Below, in pieces: positions 36,733-44,205 of a DNA stretch of 64,000 bases. The notes under the pieces were generated by a model, which had not been told where the DNA came from, searched no databases, and saw nothing but the letters and a program-made list of their open reading frames with translations. Both the position numbers and the translations under genes were made by a program. Location: positions 5,056,001-5,120,000 of the forward strand of contig CBDBGH010000003.1 in the NCBI GenBank assembly GCA_965205265.1, read 5' to 3'. The DNA is from Alphaproteobacteria bacterium. GTDB taxonomy: Bacteria > Pseudomonadota > Alphaproteobacteria > Bin95. The stretch's first letter is position 1. The number at the start of each line of letters is the position of its first letter.

Positions 36733-37741
36733 GCGGTTCTCCTGTGGGTTCCGGAGCCCCTTCCGGGTCGAGCCGGAAATGCATGGCGAGCAACGCATCC
36801 GTTTCGGCGTTGGCCTGGGCGACCGGGTCCAGGGCGGCCGCCTCCCATCCCGCAACGGAGCGCAGCATGCCGACGGCCATCGAGAGGAACCGCGGGTCCC
36901 TGCGGTCGGGCTGGCCGGCCAGCCAGATCGCGGCCTCGCGGACAGCATGGAGCGCCGGCAAGGAGGAAGTGCGGGTTCTGCACAGTGTGTCGTGCCGCTC
37001 GACGAGATCGGGCGCGGGCTCGCCGCGGGCAAGGCGTCCGAAGCAGGCGCCCAGCATGGCGACGGGCTCGTCATGGAACCAGTTGCGGGCGGGACTTTCG
37101 GCACCGGAGAAAGCCCAGTGCCGCCATTCCGCGAATTCCTTTTCGGAGGTCCGGCTGAGCCGGGAAACCAGGCTCGAGGCCAGCTCGTCATTGCGCATGA
37201 CCAGAAATTCCGGCCGGTCGTCGGCCTGGGCAAAGCGCCGGCTGGCCGCTGCCATCGAGCGAAGGTTCCGCCTGATCGCGGCCTCGAGTTCGCCGGCCGG
37301 CAGACCCGACCCCCATACCCGGGCGCCGGCGGCCTGGGCGACCGCAGGCGTCAGCATTCCGGGAACCGACATCCGGCGGTCTCCCGAGAGCCAGAGGGCG
37401 GCCTGATGGGCTACCGCCGGGGCCGGCTGCAGGGGCTCGCGGGTTGCGCGCAGGCGTTCGGCAAGAGAGCGGAACGCCTCGGGCCGGTGCGGTTCGGCGC
37501 GCCCGAACTCGTCGAAAAGGCGCACGGCTTCAGGAAGAACGGGATGGCTGCGCCATGAGGAGGGCAGCGGGCTCTCGGGAGAGTCGAACAGCCATGCGCA
37601 CCAGGCGGCGAAGCCCTGCGGTGTCATCGCCTCCAGTCTGGCCGCGATGAGGCGCTCGCGTTCGCGGTTTTCAGCCCAGAGACCGAGACCGGTCCCCGGT
37701 GCCTGCCGGTCTTCGTGAGACGTTCCGGTATTCGGGTTCAT
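36710..37741 (-). CDS. hypothetical protein with two copies of the W..W.F...SP domain
   Basis: LEAMTPQGFAAWCAWLFDSPESPL and FAEWRHWAFSGAESPA; ends DDGPGP. Confidence 0.65.
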   Translation of the reverse strand: MNPNTGTSHEDRQAPGTGLGLWAENRERERLIAARLEAMTPQGFAAWCAWLFDSPESPLPSSWRSHPVLPEAVRLFDEFGRAEPHRPEAFRSLAERLRATREPLQPAPAVAHQAALWLSGDRRMSVPGMLTPAVAQAAGARVWGSGLPAGELEAAIRRNLRSMAAASRRFAQADDRPEFLVMRNDELASSLVSRLSRTSEKEFAEWRHWAFSGAESPARNWFHDEPVAMLGACFGRLARGEPAPDLVERHDTLCRTRTSSLPALHAVREAAIWLAGQPDRRDPRFLSMAVGMLRSVAGWEAAALDPVAQANAETDALLAMHFRLDPEGAPEPTGEPHDDGPGP

Positions 37742-37807
37742 CTGTGCGGCCTCGTGCGGCAAGGTAGAGGGCAACAGCCTAGCATCCCGCCAAGAAAAAG
37801 CCGTGGC

Positions 37808-38392
37808 CTATGCGTATGCGGTCCACGGCAGCGGATCGAACGCGCCGTCCGGGCGCCTCTCGATCCGGATCGCCGCCGCGAAGCTGGCGATGCGCACGTC
37901 GTTCCGCGACGAGGCCCGGCGCCGGAAGGGGCGGCCGACGAAACGGTTCGGAACCGGGGTCGCTGTCCCCGTCATCGATCCGGTCGCCACGCTGTGCCGG
38001 GCGATCTCGCGAAGCCAGACCATGGTCCGGCCGGCGAGTGCGGTGACCTGGTAGAAATCGACATTGGTCTGGTTGTATCCCCAGCTGGAGGCGAGGATAT
38101 CGCCGACGGCCAGGGAATGCGGCGCGTTGCGCCTCCCGTCGGCGTGCCGGTGCCGCTCGCGCCGGTCCCTGAACATCCTCTCGATGGCGTTGTCGCGGCT
38201 TTCGATACTCGCGTAGCGAAAGCGCATGACCGGCTTCCGGGCCCTGCCCTCGAATCCGGCGAAACAGAACTCGGTCTTTCCCTCGACGACAATGTCCCAG
38301 AGCCAGGCGACAGCATCGCTCTGCGGGTCCTGGCGCCGGGTTGCGTGGGTGGGGAAGTAGTCTTCCCTGGAACGTGCGGCGGCTCGCGGCAT
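37808..38392 (-). CDS. conserved plasmid/phage hypothetical protein
   Basis: VGDILASSWGYNQTNVDFYQV motif; GGAGGAG RBS. Confidence 0.75.
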   Translation of the reverse strand: MPRAAARSREDYFPTHATRRQDPQSDAVAWLWDIVVEGKTEFCFAGFEGRARKPVMRFRYASIESRDNAIERMFRDRRERHRHADGRRNAPHSLAVGDILASSWGYNQTNVDFYQVTALAGRTMVWLREIARHSVATGSMTGTATPVPNRFVGRPFRRRASSRNDVRIASFAAAIRIERRPDGAFDPLPWTAYA

Positions 38393-38439
38393 GGCACTCT
38401 CCTCCCGAGGTCCTTATGACTGCCTTCCGACACGGTCCG

Positions 38440-38493
38440 AGCCTACCGTTCCTTTAGACATATGTCAAGTGGCTTGTTATTGTAAGCGGATTG
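38440..38493 (-). promoter_or_regulatory. sigma70 promoter plus operator copy 5
   Basis: Minus-strand TTGACA (38468-38463)-N17-TAGGCT; CAAGTGGCTTG-ttattg-TAAGCGGATTG at 38466-38493. Confidence 0.7.
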
Positions 38494-38729
38494 CAATGAA
38501 AAGCGGCTTATGGGAAAACGGGGTTTGCGGAACGGCAGGACAGGCGCGGGACGCTTGAGCTGGCCGCGGTTGCCCCGGCAGGGTTGGAAACCCGGAGGCT
38601 GGTGTCGATGCCCCGTGAGTTCAGCCCCGATGGAGCGGTTCGTGCCCGAGAGAATGTCGGAAGTGCCGCCGTCGCGGAGATAGCCGCAGCGGGGTCACCG
38701 GATGCCGCTGAACGACATGATTGTCGTCA

Positions 38730-38783
38730 CAATCCGATTATTTTGGCAATCCGCTTGACACAGTCACGCGGGACGACTATAAG
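38730..38783 (+). promoter_or_regulatory. tRNA-array promoter plus operator copy 6
   Basis: CAATCCGATTA-ttttgg-CAATCCGCTTG; TTGACA 38755-38760-N17-TATAAG. Confidence 0.8.
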
Positions 38784-38893
38784 AGTTCCGCGAGACAGTC
38801 AAGAACAACGCCCTGTCGTTTGAGCCGATCTGCCGGCTCCGTCGGGGCAGAGGAGGCGGACATAGAGACAGACCGAGAGGATCCCGGTCAGGC

Positions 38894-38969
38894 GCCGCAT
38901 TAGCTCAATGGACAGAGCGACGGTTTTCTAAACCGCGGGTTGCGGGTTCGAGTCCTGCATGCGGCCCCA
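38894..38969 (+). tRNA. tRNA-Arg(TCT)
   Basis: Cloverleaf, loop TT-TCT-AA, GGTTCGAGTCC, CCA. Confidence 0.88.
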
Positions 38970-38993
38970 GCCTCCGGGTTTCCAGCCCTGCCG

Positions 38994-39084
38994 GGGAGGG
39001 TGCCAGAGAGGCTGAATGGACCGGACTGTAAATCCGGCGGTACCGAAAGGGCCCGCGCAGGTTCGAATCCTGCTCCTCCCACCA
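38994..39084 (+). tRNA. tRNA-Tyr(GTA)
   Basis: CCGGA-CTGTAAA-TCCGG, long variable arm, ACCA. Confidence 0.9.
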
Positions 39085-39127
39085 GGGAACCGGGATACGG
39101 GGAAGCCGGGTCACGCCGACCTCCGGC

Positions 39128-39203
39128 GCCGCATTAGCTCAGCTGGTAGAGCAGTCGCCTTGTAAGCGACCGGTCGCGGGTTCGAGGCCTGCATGCGGCT
39201 CCA
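39128..39203 (+). tRNA. tRNA-Thr(TGT)
   Basis: GTCGC-CTTGTAA-GCGAC, CCA. Confidence 0.9.
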
Positions 39204-39206
39204 CCC

Positions 39207-39282
39207 GGCCCCTTCGTCTAAAGGTCAGGATACGAGATTCTCAATCTCGGGATGGCGGGTTCAAGTCCCCCAGGGGCCTCCA
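39207..39282 (+). tRNA. tRNA-Glu(CTC)
   Basis: CGAGA-TTCTCAA-TCTCG, CCA. Confidence 0.88.
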
Positions 39283-39386
39283 GAGGAACACTTACGGGCG
39301 CATGCCCCGTCTGCATGCGGGAAGAGGAACGAAGAAGGAGAAACAGCGCCGGGACACGGTGAAACACGACTCGGACATGCGCGGAT

Positions 39387-39461
39387 GCCGCATTAGCTCA
39401 ATTGGCAGAGCGGTCGTTTCGTAATCGACTGACGCGGGTTCGACTCCTGCATGCGGCTCCA
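39387..39461 (+). tRNA. tRNA-Thr(CGT)
   Basis: GTCGT-TTCGTAA-TCGAC, CCA. Confidence 0.85.
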
Positions 39462-39484
39462 GCCGGGATTTCCGGAAGCGGGAC

Positions 39485-39560
39485 GACCCCTTGGTCTAAC
39501 GGTCAGGATACGAGACTTTCAATCTCGGGGCGGCGGGTTCGATTCCCCCAGGGGTCACCA
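39485..39560 (+). tRNA. tRNA-Glu(TTC)
   Basis: CGAGA-CTTTCAA-TCTCG, ACCA. Confidence 0.88.
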
Positions 39561-39563
39561 AAC

Positions 39564-39657
39564 GGAAGGATGCCGGAGTCCGGTTTATCGGGGCGGGTTG
39601 CTAACCCGTTGTGCGCCGCAAGGCGCGCCGTGGGTTCGAATCCCACTCCTTCCGCCA
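39564..39657 (+). tRNA. tRNA-Ser(GCT)
   Basis: GCGGG-TTGCTAA-CCCGT, long variable arm, GCCA. Confidence 0.9.
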
Positions 39658-39696
39658 CCGGCCGCCGGGACAGCAAGGGGAGACGGAAGAAAACAC

Positions 39697-39771
39697 GATG
39701 CGGTGGGAGAGAGGCTTATCCGCGGGGCCGCAAACCCCGTTACGCCGGTTCGAATCCGGCCCGCATCTCCA
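39697..39771 (+). tRNA. tRNA-Cys(GCA), C at position 33
   Basis: CGGGG-CCGCAAA-CCCCG, U73, CCA. Confidence 0.8.
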
Positions 39772-39779
39772 GAACGGCA

Positions 39780-39857
39780 CGGGGTGTGGCGCAGTCTGGT
39801 CAGCGCGTCTGCTTTGGGAGCAGGTGGCCGCAGGTTCGAATCCTGCCACCCCGACCA
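39780..39857 (+). tRNA. tRNA-Pro(TGG)
   Basis: CGGGGTG acceptor, loop TTTGGGA, ACCA. Confidence 0.9.
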
Positions 39858-39865
39858 TGACACGG

Positions 39866-39939
39866 GCGTTCGTAGTTCAAAGGGAGAATACCAGGTCGCC
39901 ATCCTGGTGATCCCGGTTCGAGTCCGGGCGGACGCTCCA
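39866..39939 (+). tRNA. tRNA-Gly(GCC), C at position 33
   Basis: CCAGG-TCGCCAT-CCTGG, TCCA. Confidence 0.8.
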
Positions 39940-39948
39940 GAACATCCA

Positions 39949-40024
39949 TGGCCAGTAGCTCAACCGGCAGAGCACTGGATTGTTACTCCAGGGGTTGCAG
40001 GTTCGAAGCCTGCCTGGCCAGCCA
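39949..40024 (+). tRNA. tRNA-Asn(GTT)
   Basis: CTGGA-TTGTTAC-TCCAG, GCCA. Confidence 0.88.
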
Positions 40025-40025
40025 A

Positions 40026-40135
40026 GCGTCCGTGGTTCAAAGGAACGGTTCCGGGCTTCCGGGCGGCCGTTCCGAGGAAGGGCACCGGTTTTTTCAACAC
40101 CGGGGATGCGGGTTCGAATCCCGCCGGACGCTCCA
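40026..40135 (+). tRNA. atypical tRNA-like gene (Gly-type acceptor, D-loop hairpin insertion, 9-nt anticodon loop)
   Basis: GCGTCCG/CGGACGC-TCCA acceptor; canonical T arm GCGGGTTCGAATCCCGC; CCGGT-TTTTTCAAC-ACCGG. Confidence 0.6.
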
Positions 40136-40197
40136 GACACGTTACCGGCCGGCAGGCATCGCCAAGGTCCTGCCGGCCGGCACCGAGGGGACACGGA

Positions 40198-40473
40198 ATG
40201 GGACAGACAGTGTACAAGGAACATGTCACCGACGCCCTTGAGGGCGCCATGACCGGCCTGGCCCGCGAGGCGGGCGTGACCATGCCCTCGCTGATGGGCG
40301 CCATCGTGGTGTCGGTGCACCAGTCGCAGGAGGACGGGGCGCCGCCCGGGCTCCATATCGCGACGAACCTGCCCCGGGAGCTGTTTCACGAGGCTGTGGA
40401 ACGCCTTGCGGACCGGCAGGGGGCAGGGAAGGTCGAGCCGGACACGGAGGGCTATGCATCGGTCGGTTCGTAA
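40198..40473 (+). CDS. small hypothetical protein inside the tRNA array
   Basis: GAGGGG RBS, MGQTVY..., 91 aa. Confidence 0.55.
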   Translation: MGQTVYKEHVTDALEGAMTGLAREAGVTMPSLMGAIVVSVHQSQEDGAPPGLHIATNLPRELFHEAVERLADRQGAGKVEPDTEGYASVGS

Positions 40474-40478
40474 CTGGC

Positions 40479-40555
40479 GGGAGAGTGGCGGAAAAGGCAT
40501 ACGCGCCGGATTTAGGTTCCGGTCTATCCGGGTTCGAGTCCCGGCTCTCCTACCA
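40479..40555 (+). tRNA. tRNA-Leu(TAG), short variable loop
   Basis: CCGGA-TTTAGGT-TCCGG, ACCA. Confidence 0.82.
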
Positions 40556-40574
40556 GACGGCCGTGAAAGGACAG

Positions 40575-40648
40575 GCGGGTGTAGTTCAAAGGTAGAATGT
40601 CAGGTTTCCACCCTGAATATGCGGGTTCGATTCCCGCCATCCGCTCCA
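40575..40648 (+). tRNA. tRNA-Gly(TCC)
   Basis: TCAGG-TTTCCAC-CCTGA, TCCA. Confidence 0.9.
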
Positions 40649-40679
40649 GCGCCGGCCTGGGAACGGAATTCAACATGAG

Positions 40680-40752
40680 GGCCTCATAGCTCAGTGGATA
40701 GAGCAGCGGTTTCCGGGACCGCAGGTCGAAGGTTCAAGTCCTTCTGAGGCCT
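40680..40752 (+). tRNA. tRNA-Arg(CCG), CCA not encoded
   Basis: GCGGT-TTCCGGG-ACCGC; followed by CTA. Confidence 0.85.
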
Positions 40753-40839
40753 CTAGGACACCCCGGCACGACGCGCGTGGAAAGAGAGAACAAGACGCGG
40801 TTGCGCAGGGTTGAAGAAGGGAACGGGAGTGAAGTAAAG

Positions 40840-40931
40840 GGAAGCGTGCCGGAGTGGCTTAACGGGGCAGTCTTGAAAACTGACATGGGCCGGGAGGTCC
40901 ATCCTGGGTTCGAATCCCAGCGCTTCCTCCA
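40840..40931 (+). tRNA. tRNA-Ser(TGA)
   Basis: CAGT-CTTGAAA-ACTG, long variable arm, CCA. Confidence 0.9.
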
Positions 40932-40964
40932 TCCCCGTTCCTTCATGCGGGAGAAACAGTTCCA

Positions 40965-41039
40965 GGTCTCGTCGTCTAGTGGTAAGGACACCGGATTGTC
41001 GATCCGGCAACGCGGGTTCAATTCCCGCCGGGACCGCCA
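40965..41039 (+). tRNA. tRNA-Asp(GTC)
   Basis: CCGGA-TTGTCGA-TCCGG, GCCA. Confidence 0.9.
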
Positions 41040-41047
41040 AAACAAAC

Positions 41048-41123
41048 GGGGTCGTAGCTCAATCGGGAGAGCGTCTGCTTTGCAAGCAGAGGGTTGAGGG
41101 TTCAAGTCCCTCCGATTCCACCA
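41048..41123 (+). tRNA. tRNA-Ala(TGC)
   Basis: TCTGC-TTTGCAA-GCAGA, G3-U70, ACCA. Confidence 0.9.
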
Positions 41124-41125
41124 AT

Positions 41126-41162
41126 GGCCTCTCCACGGCCCACCAAGGCCCGTGGAGAGGCC
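41126..41162. repeat. 13-bp inverted repeat (hairpin) between tRNAs
   Basis: GGCCTCTCCACGG...CCGTGGAGAGGCC. Confidence 0.6.
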
Positions 41163-41207
41163 TCCAGATCGTACAGGGAGAAGATCCCGAAAAGAACACA
41201 GAAGGAC

Positions 41208-41283
41208 GGTCTCGTAGCTCAATGGACAGAGCGTCTGACTACGGATCAGAAGGTTGCGGGTTCGACTCCTGCCGAGACCTCCA
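41208..41283 (+). tRNA. tRNA-Arg(ACG)
   Basis: TCTGA-CTACGGA-TCAGA, CCA. Confidence 0.9.
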
Positions 41284-41286
41284 GAT

Positions 41287-41362
41287 GCCCGGGTAGCTCA
41301 GCTGGTAGAGCGCTGCGTTGAAGGCGCAGGCGTCGGTGGTTCGATCCCATCCCCGGGCACCA
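41287..41362 (+). tRNA. tRNA-Phe(GAA)
   Basis: CTGCG-TTGAAGG-CGCAG, ACCA. Confidence 0.9.
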
Positions 41363-41366
41363 TTGC

Positions 41367-41442
41367 GGCCCCGTAGCCAAGCGGTCAAAGGCTCCGGGTT
41401 CTGATCCCGGGATCCCTGGTTCGAATCCAGGCGGGGCTTCCA
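41367..41442 (+). tRNA. tRNA-Gln(CTG)
   Basis: TAGCCAAGCGGTCAAAGGC D arm; CCGGG-TTCTGAT-CCCGG. Confidence 0.88.
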
Positions 41443-41579
41443 GTTGCACCGGAGCGGTAAAGGCTATGGCGAAGTTTTCGGGCGAAGCCGCTAAAGGAGC
41501 CATGCGGTCCGGGTCGCCGCGATCCGATCCGGGTTCCGGCAAACCGGCCGCGCGGGCCTGCGGGAAGGAAGGTCGAAGG

Positions 41580-41891
41580 ATGATCCAGACGATAGAATGG
41601 GACAGCTACACATACCGGTCCTATGTAGGCCAGTGCGAAGAGAACATCGCCCGCCTCGAGGCGGAGCTCGATCGGGCGAAGCACCATCTGTCGTTCGCGC
41701 AGGCGCAGTTCCAGGCGGTTGTTCCGTTGGGGATGGCAGATTCCAGCCTGCCGTCCAATTTCGGCGAAATCGTGCTGGCGGCCGAATTCAACGCGGGAAT
41801 GCTTCCCGAGGGTGTCGAGATCGGCGCCAAGATCAGGAAGATTGCCGCCGACATGATGACGGGCAGCCAGTCGGCCCCTGTTCGGCGGTAG
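41580..41891 (+). CDS. small coiled-coil hypothetical protein
   Basis: GAAGGA RBS, MIQTIEW... Confidence 0.55.
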   Translation: MIQTIEWDSYTYRSYVGQCEENIARLEAELDRAKHHLSFAQAQFQAVVPLGMADSSLPSNFGEIVLAAEFNAGMLPEGVEIGAKIRKIAADMMTGSQSAPVRR

Positions 41892-42014
41892 CTCGACCCG
41901 GCAGGCCGCCACGCCCGGTGCCGGTCCAGGTATGCCGGCCACCATCGTCATGGACATGATGTTCGACCATGCATACTGGCGTTAGACAACAATAACCAGT
42001 ATTGTTGTCTAACC

Positions 42015-43097
42015 ATGCCATCCGCCCTCCGGTTCCACAGCCATTCCGGCCACGCCGCCTACCAGGATCTCCGGCGTCGGCTCATGGATGCGGCCGTGTC
42101 GGAAATCCGCGGCACCCCGACCCGGCTCGCCGTCAAGGGCCGCTATTTCTGGTACGACAAATACCGGGTCGGGACGGAGGTGAGACAGCGCTATATCGGC
42201 CCCGAGACCGACGGGCTGCTCGCCAGGCTGGACCGCCTGGCCGATTTGCGCAGGGATCGAAGGGCCACGGAGCGGGAACAGGCCCGACTCATCCGTTTCC
42301 TGCGGGCCGACAGCTATAACTCGCTGGACCGCGGCACCGGCAGCCTCCTGGCCTCCTTCGCCGGATGCGGCGTCTTCCGCCTGGGCGGCACGCTCATCGG
42401 GGCTGTCGCCTTCCAGCATTACGAGGGCGAACTCGGCGTGGTCATGGATTTCGAGCGGATAGCCCGGACCGACGACATCGACATCGCCAGCTTCGAACGA
42501 CTGTCCTTCGCCATCGGCGACAGCGTCGAAACGCCCTTGGAGGAGGTCTTTCGAGAGCTGAAGTTCCAGCCCGTTCCGTCCCTGGACCAGCGGCATGTCT
42601 GGCGCTGGCGCCAGACGACCGGCTCCGTCCTGGTCGAATTCCTGATGCCGGCGCACGGGGAGGAAGGGATACGCAGACTGCCCGCCCTGGGCGTCAGCGC
42701 CCGTGCGCTTCGTCATCTGGACTATCTTCTCGAAGATCCCGTTCCGGCCGTGTCTCTCTACCGGTCAGGCGTGCTTGTCCGGATTCCGCGTCCCGAGCGG
42801 TTCGCGATCCACAAGCTCATCGTGGCCGAACGCCGTCGGGGCGGCCCGGATTCCCTGAAGGCCTCCAAGGACCGGGCCCAGGCGGATTTCCTCATTGCCG
42901 CCCTGGCGGAAATGCGCCCGGATGAACTGGCTCTCGCCTATGGCGAGGCCATGGGTCGAGGCCCCGGCTGGAGCAATCGCATAACGGCAAGCCTGAACAG
43001 GCTGCCGGGCGCAAGGGAGCGCGTCCTGGGCGTTGTCGGCGCCGACGACGCCCATCCGCAGCCGTCGGCCTCCTCAACCATATCCGGCCCCGCCTGA
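42015..43097 (+). CDS. GSU2403-like nucleotidyltransferase-fold protein
   Basis: RQRYIGPET, GVFRLGGTLIG..AF..YEGELG, RTDDIDIA, PERFAIHKLIV, KDRAQA. Confidence 0.8.
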   Translation: MPSALRFHSHSGHAAYQDLRRRLMDAAVSEIRGTPTRLAVKGRYFWYDKYRVGTEVRQRYIGPETDGLLARLDRLADLRRDRRATEREQARLIRFLRADSYNSLDRGTGSLLASFAGCGVFRLGGTLIGAVAFQHYEGELGVVMDFERIARTDDIDIASFERLSFAIGDSVETPLEEVFRELKFQPVPSLDQRHVWRWRQTTGSVLVEFLMPAHGEEGIRRLPALGVSARALRHLDYLLEDPVPAVSLYRSGVLVRIPRPERFAIHKLIVAERRRGGPDSLKASKDRAQADFLIAALAEMRPDELALAYGEAMGRGPGWSNRITASLNRLPGARERVLGVVGADDAHPQPSASSTISGPA

Positions 43098-43498
43098 AGC
43101 AGGATCCGACATTCCGAATTCCAAGGTCCGCTGTTCCACAATATCGGGACTGGAGCCCCGCAAAGTTTGCAGCGGTTTTTTTGGTTGACTGCGGCGATTT
43201 GAACGCTAGATTGGCGGCCCATTGATCCACGGGGCTTGAGGCAGAACCTCTCCTTCGTGTTCAAGACGGGGAAGACAGGACCATGGCGAGAGTCATAAAA
43301 CCGAGCGTCAGCCGCAAAGCGTGCTTGAGCTTGCCGGTCCGTCACCAATTGTGGCCGTGGTGGCCTCATATTATCTGCGGCGTGTAAGGGCAGGACCCGG
43401 ACCCGTTAACCGAAGCAGTCCTGTGGCAAGCACCTGAAGCGGTTCCAATCCGTCCCGGTGGCCGAACGACCCCTTCCGCCGAAGCAGCCTCCATCCAT

Positions 43499-43574
43499 AG
43501 CCCTATAGCCAAGCGGTCAAAGGCTCCGGGTTTTGATCCCGGGATCCCGGGTTCGAATCCCGGTAGGGCTTCCA
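43499..43574 (+). tRNA. tRNA-Gln(TTG)
   Basis: CCGGG-TTTTGAT-CCCGG, TCCA. Confidence 0.88.
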
Positions 43575-43597
43575 ATACACACAACCTTTGCAACCGG

Positions 43598-43673
43598 GCG
43601 CCTGTAGTTCAACTGGCAAGAACATCGGTCTCCAAAACCGAGGATACAGGTTCGAATCCTGTCGGGCGCGCCA
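43598..43673 (+). tRNA. tRNA-Trp(CCA)
   Basis: TCGGT-CTCCAAA-ACCGA, GCCA. Confidence 0.9.
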
Positions 43674-43707
43674 ACCCTGAAACCGGGAGGTACGGACAGA
43701 AAACGGA

Positions 43708-43784
43708 GCGCGGGTGGTGAAACTGGCAAACACACGGCATTCAAACTGTCGGCACTGGGGGTTCGAGTCCCTCCCCGCGTACCA
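43708..43784 (+). tRNA. tRNA-Leu(CAA), short variable loop
   Basis: Leu-type D arm GGTGAAACTGGCAAACAC; CGGCA-TTCAAAC-TGTCG; ACCA. Confidence 0.8.
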
Positions 43785-43792
43785 CCCCTTCC

Positions 43793-43866
43793 AGGCGTGT
43801 AGCTTAATGGTAGAGCAGCCGACTGATAATCGGCCGGTCGAGGTTCAACTCCTTGCACGCCTACCA
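43793..43866 (+). tRNA. tRNA-Ile(GAT)
   Basis: GCCGA-CTGATAA-TCGGC, ACCA. Confidence 0.88.
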
Positions 43867-43883
43867 ACCGCATATGCCACGGC

Positions 43884-43958
43884 AGCCCCATAGCCAAGCG
43901 GCAAAGGCTCCGGGTTTACACCCCGGGATCCCCGGTTCGAGTCCGGGTGGGGCTACCA
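43884..43958 (+). tRNA. tRNA-Val(TAC) on a tRNA-Gln-like scaffold
   Basis: CCGGG-TTTACAC-CCCGG, A73, CCA; body nearly identical to the two Gln genes. Confidence 0.8.
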
Positions 43959-43961
43959 ATC

Positions 43962-44035
43962 GGGCCCGTAGTTCAACGGTAGAACGCTCGACTTTTAATC
44001 GAGGAATGAGAGTTCGATTCTCTCCGGGCCTTCCA
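43962..44035 (+). tRNA. tRNA-Lys(TTT)
   Basis: CTCGA-CTTTTAA-TCGAG, CCA. Confidence 0.88.
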
Positions 44036-44045
44036 TCATCCTGCT

Positions 44046-44119
44046 GTGCCGGTAGCTTAGTCGGTCAAAGCGCCAGGTTGTGGCCCTGGAGATCGGGTTC
44101 GATTCCCGCCGGCACCCCA
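44046..44119 (+). tRNA. tRNA-His(GTG)
   Basis: CCAGG-TTGTGGC-CCTGG, C73, CCA; no encoded G-1. Confidence 0.82.
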
Positions 44120-44205
44120 CAGCACCGTTATATGCCCGGCGGCCGGGTGCCGCCGTTCCAGGACGGCGCCCTTCCCGCAGGAATTGCGGACCCCTCTAGC
44201 GGAAG

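Noticed and set aside
40026-40135. Claim of genome-wide UGA recoding
   Set aside because: TGA is used as a normal stop throughout (many ATGA overlaps) and the anticodon register is ambiguous
39402-41542. ORFs across the tRNA cluster
   Set aside because: Overlap clear tRNA cloverleaves; only 40198-40473 and 41580-41891 lie in gaps with an RBS
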